A stretch of 64,000 bases of DNA from Patescibacteria group bacterium (GCA_050943115.1 JBMNON010000003.1:28565-92564); one strand, 5' to 3'; positions 43,232 to 51,018 are shown, counted from the first letter of the stretch. The notes: generated by a model from the letters alone, not told the origin. Program-made: numbers and translations.

Positions 43232-43570
43232 ATGTCTGGTTTGTGTGAGATGGAAGGAATTTGCTTTCGTTTTGTAAGATTTGGAGACGAAATACGAGTG
43301 GCCGAAGACATTGGTGTGCTTCACAAGGAATTAATACGGGATATTTGGGGAAGTGAAATAAGTGAAAGCCAAGTGAGAGAACGATTAGAAAATGAAGCTG
43401 AAAACGTGGATATGGGATTTATTATGCGTTTTAACGGCAGATGTAATTTAAGCGATACTTCTAGCCATTACGGGGTACCCAAAGCTGATGCACTACCAAT
43501 GGTAAGAAAAAGAACTGTGGAAATGTTGAGCGAACAATACCCGAATATTAAGTTTGAAAGTATAGACTAG
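43232..43570 (+). CDS. hypothetical protein
   Basis: 112-aa ORF with TAAAAT 7 nt before ATG. Confidence 0.6.
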   Translation: MSGLCEMEGICFRFVRFGDEIRVAEDIGVLHKELIRDIWGSEISESQVRERLENEAENVDMGFIMRFNGRCNLSDTSSHYGVPKADALPMVRKRTVEMLSEQYPNIKFESID

Positions 43571-43627
43571 GAAAAGTTCTTTATCGGCAAAGCTAAGGGA
43601 AAAAAGTCATTATAAACTATTAATAAA

Positions 43628-44194
43628 TTAGATGGTGTATTGAAAATACTGATCATAAGGTATAGTCCAGGAACAAGTGTCCTCGACTGAAGCGTTTTCC
43701 ATAATTTTTCGAAAAAGACGAATGGAATTACCATGCGCCGAAACAGCGATACCGAGATCTTTGTTGCCATACTTTGACTTAAGATCACTAATAAATTCCA
43801 TAACACGCGCTTCAACGTCGGAGAAACTCTCCCCTGCCGGCGGCCGGTCCTCCCAGCCACGATGCCACTTATCAAACTGCTCCTGGCCCAAGCCATCGAT
43901 TATTTCCTGATGAGTGTGACCGGCAAGATCACCATAAGAGCGCTCGATCATGCGATCATCGGTGATGATTTCTTCGCACTCGGGATGATGAATTAAAACG
44001 TATTTCAATGTATCCTTGGACCGGGATAACCGGGTTTGGATGGCCTGATCAATTCTTTTGTCTTTGAGCATTTCACCCAGAACTTTGGCCTGTTCAACTC
44101 CAAGAGGGGTCAGTTTGGCATCAAGCCAGCCAGTAAAGGTTTTGCTTAAGTTAAATTCAGACTGGCCGTGGCGGAAAAGATAGATGGTAGACAT
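43628..44194 (-). CDS. gpmA: cofactor-dependent phosphoglycerate mutase (histidine phosphatase family)
   Basis: RHGQSEFN, FTGWLD, ERSYGDL, AHGNSIR. Confidence 0.8.
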   Translation of the reverse strand: MSTIYLFRHGQSEFNLSKTFTGWLDAKLTPLGVEQAKVLGEMLKDKRIDQAIQTRLSRSKDTLKYVLIHHPECEEIITDDRMIERSYGDLAGHTHQEIIDGLGQEQFDKWHRGWEDRPPAGESFSDVEARVMEFISDLKSKYGNKDLGIAVSAHGNSIRLFRKIMENASVEDTCSWTIPYDQYFQYTI

Positions 44195-44211
44195 ATAAAA
44201 GATTGTAACAG

Positions 44212-45336
44212 TTAGGAAATAAAATAGCCCTGAGCGAAAAAGGCTAAGCCCAATACATGAAATACAAAAAAGATAATAAACAAAGCGATTTTCAGATAAC
44301 GACTATTAATTTCTGAAAGAAAGATGAAAAAGGAGAGAGACATAAGGACGTAGCGCGGAAGAGAAGAAAAAGTACCGGTAAGGGTGGGGAGAATTAGGGT
44401 AGCAATTGAAATTAGATTAAGACTTAATAACGGTAACTTGTTTTTGAGTTTATTAATACCCGGAGACAAAAGTCGGTAGAGCTGAAGGGTAAGGACTGCG
44501 GCAAAAGAAATAAAAGTGATGAGTTCAAAAAGGGCAATCCAGTATTGAAAATTACGGGCAGCAAAAAGGAGTATTTTAATATAGCGGTAAATGACTTGGG
44601 GGAAAATTGTGGGGGTAGTCTGGCGGCCATAGACCGGAATTGAGTTAACAAAATTAATAGGGTCGCCGGTAGAATGATAAAGATAAAGGCAATAGAGGGA
44701 TAGACCAATAAATGGGCTTAGGATTAGGACTAACTGTTTTAAAGATTTTTTTTGTGAGAATAAATAGTCGAGAAGGAAAGGAATTGCCAGAAAGACACCA
44801 TTAACGCGGGTTAGCGAGGACAGTAGGGCAAAAGAGGCGGCTAGAAGGGGTTTTTTGGAATAAAAGAATAAGAGTGAGGAAATGAACAAGAGAAGGAAAA
44901 GGCTTTCAGTATAAACGGCGGAAAAATAAAAAGAGGTAGGGAAAAGAAGCAGGAAGATAATTGACAAGAAAGCGTTTTGGATTTTTATTAGCTTGAGGAG
45001 GCGGTAGGTTAAGTAGACAGAGAGAATAAGAGCCAAATTGGAAAAAATTATGGCAGTTACAAGGGGATTTGAATTTAAAGCTCTTGATAGAAATCTGATG
45101 ATTAAGGGGTACAGAGGAAAAAAGGATTGTTCGTATTGAGCGTATGAACGCTGGGAGATTAGCAAGTAGTGAATGCCATCAAAATTCGCAAGAGAGCTAA
45201 TGAAACCGGGCAGCCCAAAGTCCATAAGATAATTACGGTAAGGGAAAAAGCCGATAAAATCAATAAAGCGTGGAGCAAGATAAAGAACTAGGAAATTTGT
45301 TAAAAAAAATGCGGCTAGGACTGTGACTAGAGGCAT
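44212..45336 (-). CDS. GT-C mannosyltransferase (PIG-V-like)
   Basis: NFDGIHY, FFPLYP, FPTSFYF..VYTESLF, SLPRY; start trimmed to exclude the tRNA. Confidence 0.8.
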   Translation of the reverse strand: MPLVTVLAAFFLTNFLVLYLAPRFIDFIGFFPYRNYLMDFGLPGFISSLANFDGIHYLLISQRSYAQYEQSFFPLYPLIIRFLSRALNSNPLVTAIIFSNLALILSVYLTYRLLKLIKIQNAFLSIIFLLLFPTSFYFSAVYTESLFLLLFISSLLFFYSKKPLLAASFALLSSLTRVNGVFLAIPFLLDYLFSQKKSLKQLVLILSPFIGLSLYCLYLYHSTGDPINFVNSIPVYGRQTTPTIFPQVIYRYIKILLFAARNFQYWIALFELITFISFAAVLTLQLYRLLSPGINKLKNKLPLLSLNLISIATLILPTLTGTFSSLPRYVLMSLSFFIFLSEINSRYLKIALFIIFFVFHVLGLAFFAQGYFIS

Positions 45337-45342
45337 AATCAG

Positions 45343-45429
45343 CGGAAGGTGTGGGAGTCGAACCCACATGCCCATTTGATTGGACGCAGGTTTAGCAAAC
45401 CTGTGGCTTACCATTCGCCGCAACCTTCC
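45343..45429 (-). tRNA. tRNA-Ser(GCT)
   Basis: GGAAGGT/ACCTTCC-G, CAGGT-TTGCTAA-ACCTG, long variable arm. Confidence 0.95.
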
Positions 45430-45483
45430 TAAAGTTGCGTTTAAGTATACCAAATTTTGGCTAAATGATTTATATTGTTATTA

Positions 45484-46032
45484 ATGGCAGACAAAGTGAA
45501 AGGAGTTCCTGATAAAACCGATAAAGTGCTTGAGGATTTAAATGAGGAAGTAGTGCTCCACGAGTGGGAAGCTTATGAGAGAGAGTACAAGACAAGAGAC
45601 AAGGATTTTTGGATAACAGCGATAGCAATTTTAGTGATTGTTTCAGTAATATTTTTATTACTAAAAGAGTTCTTTTTGGTAATGGCTTTGGGTTCGGTTT
45701 TGTTTCTCTACTATGTACTATCAACAGTACCTCCGGAAAAGGTTAGAAATAAAATAACAAACCGGGGAGTATATTTTGGGGATTTATTGTACACCTGGGA
45801 TCAGTTGGTAAGGTTTTGGTTTAGGACAAGTCTGGGAACAGAGGTAATGCTTTTGGAAACAAATTTAAAATTTCCGCCACAAATTTCGCTAGTTATTGAC
45901 GCTGGCGACAAGGAGAAAATAAAAAAGATTGTTGTTAAGAAAATTCCCTTAATTGAAAGTTCACCTAATTTCGTGGATAAAGCCAACAAGTGGTTTGGAG
46001 AGAGATTGCCATTGGAAAATCGAGAAATGTAA
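45484..46032 (+). CDS. CPR conserved two-TM membrane protein
   Basis: WEAYER, two TMs, ITNRGV...W..L..FW. Confidence 0.7.
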   Translation: MADKVKGVPDKTDKVLEDLNEEVVLHEWEAYEREYKTRDKDFWITAIAILVIVSVIFLLLKEFFLVMALGSVLFLYYVLSTVPPEKVRNKITNRGVYFGDLLYTWDQLVRFWFRTSLGTEVMLLETNLKFPPQISLVIDAGDKEKIKKIVVKKIPLIESSPNFVDKANKWFGERLPLENREM

Positions 46033-46060
46033 GCTAATTTAGGGTATAATTCACTGTCGC

Positions 46061-46134
46061 GCGCTCGTAGCTCAATTGGATAGAGCACTGGTTTGCGGAA
46101 CCAGCGGTTGGAGGTTCGATCCCTCTCGAGCGTA
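46061..46134 (+). tRNA. tRNA-Arg(GCG)
   Basis: CTGGT-TTGCGGA-ACCAG anticodon arm; GGAGG-TTCGATC-CCTCT T arm. Confidence 0.95.
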
Positions 46135-46141
46135 CCGAATT

Positions 46142-46224
46142 GGAGAGATGCGCCGAATGGTAAGGCAGCGACCTCGAAAGTCGCCGCCCGCAAGGGCTTG
46201 GGGGTTCGACTCCCTCTCTCTCCG
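46142..46224 (+). tRNA. tRNA-Ser(CGA)
   Basis: GGAGAGA/TCTCTCC-G, GCGAC-CTCGAAA-GTCGC, variable arm GCCC-GCAA-GGGC. Confidence 0.95.
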
Positions 46225-46267
46225 CTTATCAAGCAGGAAATATTATAAATACTGTAGAATTTATTTA

Positions 46268-46783
46268 GTGAAAAAACTATTACTAATCTTATTGGCTTTT
46301 AGTGCGATTGTGTGCGTATTTTTTTTGCTTTTTGGTTTGTGTGAAGTTAAGGGCGATGCCATGTCCCCCGCTATTAAAGACAAGCAAAAAGCACTGGTCT
46401 GGAGGCCCGGAAAAAACTATATTAGTCGGGGCGATGTGGTTATGTATAACTCTAATTGCATTTTTGGCACCTGCTTTAATGATGGTGATACCTTTTCTAG
46501 AGTAGGCAGGGTTATTGGGCTACCTAATGAAAATATCTGGTTTGAAGGCGAAAAAATATATTTCCAAAAAAACGATAGAAAATTTTCCTTAGTTGAAAAC
46601 TACACCGTTGGAAAACTACTAGCAGACAAGGACGGATTTGAAGAAAAGATTGAGTTGGGAGAGTCAGAATACTTTATACTCTCAGATAAAAGAGATAAAA
46701 AAGTAACAACCAAAAGTCAAATAGTTAACAAAAAAGATGTCGTTGGAGTATTATTTTTTGTAGAGGATAAAGATGATAAATAA
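46268..46783 (+). CDS. signal peptidase I (S26)-like protein lacking the catalytic Ser and Lys
   Basis: TM, GDAMSP (box B), RGDVV (box C), GRVIGLP (box D), YFILSDKR (box E). Confidence 0.75.
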   Translation: MKKLLLILLAFSAIVCVFFLLFGLCEVKGDAMSPAIKDKQKALVWRPGKNYISRGDVVMYNSNCIFGTCFNDGDTFSRVGRVIGLPNENIWFEGEKIYFQKNDRKFSLVENYTVGKLLADKDGFEEKIELGESEYFILSDKRDKKVTTKSQIVNKKDVVGVLFFVEDKDDK

Positions 46784-47900
46784 GCTGCAAAAAATTGTAT
46801 TTATTGTGACTTATTTGGTGGTATTGACTATTTGCCTATTTTCGCTGGTATATCTTGAACCAAATTTTTCAGAAGATTTTGAGTTTTTATTTTTTTTGCT
46901 AATGTTTTGGTCGTCAGTAGGGATTCCTTTGACAACTGCTTACTATATAACTTTTTACTGGATGTATAGAAGATTGTCGAAGAATGACAAGTCTGATAAA
47001 TCATTAAAAAATAAACAGCTTAAGTTTTCCATTATTACATCAATATTGATAACTGTCGGATTTGGTTTATTAATTTCAAGCACGGCTAGAGTGAGAGACA
47101 TGCCCAGTTATTTGGTGCCAGTAATAGAAGAGAGAACTGAACAAAAGTTTGCTTCACCGGTTCCAACCCAACAATTGCCGGATCGAATTTATAGATATTG
47201 GACAATTGGTGGTTTAGTTTATTTGTTAGAGCTTGATGATTTGGGCTATGTTCGTTTGAAGGTGGGAAAAACAGAATCGGAAGTAAAGGACTTATGGCCA
47301 GTGTCACTGCCAGTGGATATCCATATGATTGGTGATCTTTGGTATGACAAGATAAGTGACAAATTGTTTGTAAACCAGCGGATCGGTGAATTTAATACTT
47401 ATAAATACTCTGAGGTATATGAGTTGACACGAGCTAATGATAAAGTTACCAAAAAGCTAGTAAAAATTTTCGATGGAAAAGATTTACCAATTAGGCAAAT
47501 GGGAATAATCGGGTATTTGCAAAACGGTGAGCTGTTGATGGATGTTTTTGAAAAAAGCTGGATTGCAGGTGACCAAAAAGTTTTTGCGGTTAAGGATGGT
47601 AAAGAGCGAGTTGTTAAAGAGGCGCGAGGTCCAGGAGATGTTGATACTCCAAGTTTTATTGCTTTTGACGGAGAGTTGTTGTATTTAGCCAAATACAAAC
47701 AGAATGGTTCGGACACAGAAATATTTGAAAAACTGTATACTTTGGACCCGATAAGTCTCAAGGAACAGTTTCTGTTTGATTCGTCCGAATTTCCTGAAGA
47801 AATTATATCGGTATATCATGATGATCTAAGCGGCATTACTGAATTTAATTCAAAATCGCATATCAAATACGAAAAGGAAATTGTTAAGTACTCACTATGA
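46773..47900 (+). CDS. three-TM protein with beta-rich extracellular domain
   Basis: 375-aa ORF overlapping the upstream gene. Confidence 0.7.
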   Translation: MINKLQKIVFIVTYLVVLTICLFSLVYLEPNFSEDFEFLFFLLMFWSSVGIPLTTAYYITFYWMYRRLSKNDKSDKSLKNKQLKFSIITSILITVGFGLLISSTARVRDMPSYLVPVIEERTEQKFASPVPTQQLPDRIYRYWTIGGLVYLLELDDLGYVRLKVGKTESEVKDLWPVSLPVDIHMIGDLWYDKISDKLFVNQRIGEFNTYKYSEVYELTRANDKVTKKLVKIFDGKDLPIRQMGIIGYLQNGELLMDVFEKSWIAGDQKVFAVKDGKERVVKEARGPGDVDTPSFIAFDGELLYLAKYKQNGSDTEIFEKLYTLDPISLKEQFLFDSSEFPEEIISVYHDDLSGITEFNSKSHIKYEKEIVKYSL

Positions 47901-47957
47901 TCGCTGATTGGCAGGCTTGCTAAGAAAATTTTTCCCATTTTTTAAACAAATACTGCG

Positions 47958-47995
47958 TGTTGTATATTTCTAACTATATGTTATAATTTTCTAAC
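47958..47995 (+). promoter_or_regulatory. promoter with tandem putative XRE operator sites
   Basis: TGTTGTATATTTCTAAC and TGTTATAATTTTCTAAC, 21-bp period, overlapping TTGTAT/TATAAT. Confidence 0.6.
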
Positions 47996-48202
47996 ATGAA
48001 AAATAGGATTAAAGAATTTCGGGCAAAAGAGGAACTTACACAAGAAGACTTGGCGAAAAGGGTTGGGGTGAGACGGGAAACGATAGTGTTCCTGGAACAA
48101 GGAAAGTACAACCCGTCGTTAAAGTTGGCCCATGATGTGGCGGAGGTTTTAAATACAAATATTGATGAATTATTTATTTTTGAAGAGGAAAAAATAAAAT
48201 GA
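47996..48202 (+). CDS. XRE/Cro-family HTH transcriptional regulator
   Basis: [34 protein letters not shown]. Confidence 0.92.
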   Translation: MKNRIKEFRAKEELTQEDLAKRVGVRRETIVFLEQGKYNPSLKLAHDVAEVLNTNIDELFIFEEEKIK

Positions 48203-48624
48203 TTGGCAAACCTGAATGGTTTAAAATTAGGCGGTTTGGAGGCTGGGGAATCACTCCGGATACCTGGCAGGGTTGGGTGTATCTGGCTTTAGTTATCTTT
48301 CCCTTTGTCATAATTCAAGCACTACCCTTTTGGAGCGAAGAAGTTAGAAGACTAATAACAACGGTGTGGACGGTATTTTTATTGGTAGATGTGACAGATA
48401 TTATGATTAGACTCAGAAAGGATGAAAGGGAGAAAATTGAAGAAGCTGTCGCCGAGCGGAATGCTGCCTGGGCGATGGTGGTGGTACTGATTTCATTTTT
48501 GCTTTATAGGATGATATCGGCAGCAATAAAGAACCAAGTAGATGTGGACTGGACGGCAGCAACAGCTTTGGGAGCGGGAGCGTTAGTCAAGACGTGGACT
48601 CATATAAAATTTAGGAAAAGATAA
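48199..48624 (+). CDS. four-TM membrane protein
   Basis: WF..RRFGGWG.TP..WQGW, DERE motif; coupled to XRE gene. Confidence 0.75.
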   Translation: MIGKPEWFKIRRFGGWGITPDTWQGWVYLALVIFPFVIIQALPFWSEEVRRLITTVWTVFLLVDVTDIMIRLRKDEREKIEEAVAERNAAWAMVVVLISFLLYRMISAAIKNQVDVDWTAATALGAGALVKTWTHIKFRKR

Positions 48625-48720
48625 ACCGAGCGGTAATGTTGGTGTTGAGTGAGGTCAATTGATGGTAAATTAGTCGAGCCAGTAAAAAAAGCAAGAGAGT
48701 GGACAAGATCGGATTTAAGA

Positions 48721-49458
48721 CTAAATAGAGAGTCTCAGTTCGGTAAAAAGAGAATGGATAACGGCTAATTTTTCTAAAAGTATTTCAGTCTGGGCGGGAG
48801 TTGGAGGTATGCCGTAATCAGGAAAGTTTGGCGGAGGGTCAACAAGGCGATCAGTGTAAGACTGGAGGCTTTTTTCAATACGACAGACCAAATAGTTTCG
48901 AAATTCATGTAGCCCGGGTATTTTTCCGCTTTGAGGAATTTGAGGAATAGCATAAGATTTGAGCCACTGGCGAAGAGGAACAGAGGAATTGTCGCGCATG
49001 TCAAAGAAACAGTTGCCCAAAGATAAATAAATATAGGGAAAACATAAATTCTGGTTCCAGCCATAACCGTCGCGATCCCAAGGTGAGCGACCTTGGCGAA
49101 GTTTGATATCGATTCCAAGATAGGCAAGACGGTGAGGACCGGAAAGAATGAGGTCTATCCCCTTCTGGCCATCTTGGCTTAGTTCCAAAGTTTGAGGAGC
49201 CAGGCAGGAATAAAACCCCGTCGGTTCTAATAGCGGTTCTAAAGATAGGTGGACTATCTGTTCAGCCAAAAGTGCTTGGGCCATGACTTCATGGCGCTGC
49301 TGTCCATTTAAAAGATCTTCTATGAGAGAGGCGCGGGACATACTAAAACGATGGCTAGAAGTAGCTTGGACATACTCTCCGGGTCGGCTTTGAAAGTTGA
49401 CTGATGAAGGAAACCCTTGGGCGTAACTTTGAATAAAACGAGCAACTCTTTCAGACAC
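48721..49458 (-). CDS. hypothetical protein, possible PD-(D/E)XK nuclease fold
   Basis: KGIDLIL...LGIDIKLR. Confidence 0.5.
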   Translation of the reverse strand: MSERVARFIQSYAQGFPSSVNFQSRPGEYVQATSSHRFSMSRASLIEDLLNGQQRHEVMAQALLAEQIVHLSLEPLLEPTGFYSCLAPQTLELSQDGQKGIDLILSGPHRLAYLGIDIKLRQGRSPWDRDGYGWNQNLCFPYIYLSLGNCFFDMRDNSSVPLRQWLKSYAIPQIPQSGKIPGLHEFRNYLVCRIEKSLQSYTDRLVDPPPNFPDYGIPPTPAQTEILLEKLAVIHSLFTELRLSI

Positions 49459-49538
49459 TTTATATGAATATAAGGCAAGAAAACAACAAAATCTATAGGC
49501 TCTTGACTTTCGGGTTTATTTCGGATTACAAATAATTA

Positions 49539-49646
49539 ATGAGGATTATATTAAGTAAGCACTGGATAAAAGCGGTAATGGTAGGACTGAGTTCCCTCTC
49601 AGCCTTAGTGCTTCTTGACATAATGACCACTTTGCAAGGATTGTAG
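49539..49646 (+). CDS. 35-aa hydrophobic peptide (possibly a frameshifted remnant)
   Basis: MRIILSKHWIKAVMVGLSSLSALVLLDIMTTLQGL*. Confidence 0.3.
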   Translation: MRIILSKHWIKAVMVGLSSLSALVLLDIMTTLQGL

Positions 49647-49837
49647 AGAAGGTAAACAGGACTAATACAAAAGTTAATGTTCATGCGAGCAAGGATGGAA
49701 TTCCCCCAAAAAAACTAAAACAAGATACTGGTTCCTAGAAAAATAATAAAGAGGCGGAATATGGTGTGACGAAAAGGCTGCTTTTGAGGGAAATAAGAAG
49801 AATTGACTTGAGGTGTAATAAATATGTATTATCTATA

Positions 49838-49918
49838 TTGATTATTATAGGATAGTAAGCTATAATATGAGCTAATTTTCGCAATAGCGCGGAAAGGTAC
49901 ATTCACACTATTAGGAGG
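49838..49918 (+). promoter_or_regulatory. sigma70 promoter, 5' hairpin and strong Shine-Dalgarno of the orphan cassette
   Basis: TTGATT(49838-43)-N17-TATAAT(49861-66); AGGAGG at 49913-18, 7 nt before ATG. Confidence 0.75.
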
Positions 49919-49925
49919 TTTCGAG

Positions 49926-50429
49926 ATGGCACCGATTATTGCGGACGAGACGAGGCAAGCTATTGGCGACATTCTGCTCCGAGTTGAGCAGTTGCTTAGA
50001 GGAGTAATCCTCATCGCCGGCTACCTCACCCTGCTACTGTGGGACGTGGTTTCAGGAGGATTCACCTTGGTATGGTTTTTTGAAACCGCCAACGTGCTCA
50101 GTCCGGCCTTGGTTCCCTCGCTTGGATTTGGTCTATCGGCTGCATCGAGCGCCGTCCAAATCACTATCGCCCATCGGATCAAGAACAGGACAATCAAAGG
50201 AGTCAATCCTTTTGTTCTGGTTTTGGCCGGGACGGTTATGGTGCTGGACACTGTTCTTGATCTGGTAGGAGGCTCTTGGTTTGTCGGGAGAATTCAACCG
50301 GATCAGTTTTCCTGGGCGTGGTTCAGTGGAAGTGGGTTTGCACTGCGGGCCATCATCATTTTCGTGACCCTATTGGCCGCGGCCCAGGAGTACGTCAGTA
50401 CCCTGATCGCCGACACACTGAAAGGCTAG
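49926..50429 (+). CDS. four-TM orphan membrane protein
   Basis: 167-aa hydrophobic ORF with AGGAGG RBS; GC-richer than flanks by eye. Confidence 0.8.
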   Translation: MAPIIADETRQAIGDILLRVEQLLRGVILIAGYLTLLLWDVVSGGFTLVWFFETANVLSPALVPSLGFGLSAASSAVQITIAHRIKNRTIKGVNPFVLVLAGTVMVLDTVLDLVGGSWFVGRIQPDQFSWAWFSGSGFALRAIIIFVTLLAAAQEYVSTLIADTLKG

Positions 50430-50437
50430 GTGGAAAG

Positions 50438-50806
50438 ATGGAAGAAGGGTATAAAAAGCCATTTCCGTGGGCAGTATTGATCGTAGCTTCAATCCTGGTT
50501 TACTTGTTTGTGGGCAAGCCGTTCCTGGAAAGAAAGGGAGTGGTTGCTAATATCACAAAGAGTGGCATCTTCCAGACTCAGGATGCGTCCGGTGGCAGCA
50601 TGACTACTCCGAGAGGCGGGGTGTTGCAGCAACAAGGGCAACCCTTTACCGCTCAAGGAACAGCACAAACGCAATGCCAATGCACTTGCGAAAGCGCGTA
50701 CGTTGGCACAGTCTGTGTTCCCTTCGGACAGTCCGAGTACAGTGAGCCCGGATGGAGCACAAAATGTGTGTGCGTAAACGGTCAAGGAAGGATGGTCTAC
50801 AAGTAG
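50438..50806 (+). CDS. single-TM protein with Gln/Gly linker and six-Cys C-terminal domain
   Basis: MEEGYKKPFPWAVLIV...QCQCTC...VC...KCVCV; starts 8 nt after the upstream stop. Confidence 0.75.
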   Translation: MEEGYKKPFPWAVLIVASILVYLFVGKPFLERKGVVANITKSGIFQTQDASGGSMTTPRGGVLQQQGQPFTAQGTAQTQCQCTCESAYVGTVCVPFGQSEYSEPGWSTKCVCVNGQGRMVYK

Positions 50807-50812
50807 ACCCAA

Positions 50813-50890
50813 GCCCCCGTCTCATGGTTGAGCGCGGTGTCCTAAAGACTGGACTCCGATGATTGGTTCGATTCCAATACGGGACCTCCA
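50813..50890 (+). ncRNA. tRNA-like cloverleaf (non-canonical)
   Basis: T arm ATTGG-TTCGATT-CCAAT, CCCGT/ACGGG acceptor, CTCA-TGGT-TGAG arm, CGGTGTCC/GGACTCCG arm, 3' CCA. Confidence 0.55.
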
Positions 50891-50895
50891 ATTTA

Positions 50896-50942
50896 AGGAA
50901 GGCAAATCTCCCACAATTGTGGAATAAGAGGTTTGCCTTCCT
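50896..50942 (+). other. long RNA hairpin preceding the ribozyme cleavage site
   Basis: AGGAAGGCAAATCTC / GAGGTTTGCCTTCCT (15 bp, one G-U) enclosing CCACAATTGTGG. Confidence 0.8.
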
Positions 50943-50943
50943 G

Positions 50944-50994
50944 TACGTCTAAAGTTGCTACTTTACTGATGAGGCTAACTGAGGCCGAAACGTA
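50944..50994 (+). ncRNA. type III hammerhead ribozyme, predicted cleavage after C50949 (GUC)
   Basis: TACGT-C / TAAAGT-TGCT-ACTTTA / CTGATGA / GGCT-AACTGA-GGCC / GAA-ACGTA: all core nucleotides and three stems. Confidence 0.9.
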
Positions 50995-51018
50995 AAAATT
51001 GGTGTTTTAGCCTTGTTC

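Noticed and set aside
45337-46267. N-terminal extensions of ORFs 44212..45453 and 46076..46783, and ORF 45801..46232
   Set aside because: They read through tRNA genes; starts were moved to 45336 and 46268.
49401-49430. Second hammerhead at CTGATGAAGG
   Set aside because: No GAAA after a stem II and no stem III; it is antisense within a coding region.
49557-49632. Twister ribozyme or fluoride riboswitch
   Set aside because: Only short word matches (GGATAAAAG, TAATGAC); the required stems and pseudoknots cannot form.
50813-50890. Pyrrolysine, selenocysteine or amber-suppressor tRNA
   Set aside because: The CTA reading needs a weak stem with a G-G mismatch and C at position 33; the acceptor end is mispaired; no TCA anticodon or long arm; no pyl/sel genes in the window; TAG is used as a stop.
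50896-50942. c-di-GMP-I riboswitch or intrinsic terminator
   Set aside because: GGCAAA is present, but the GNRA-capped P2 and GACGCAAA-type junction are not; there is no U tract for termination.
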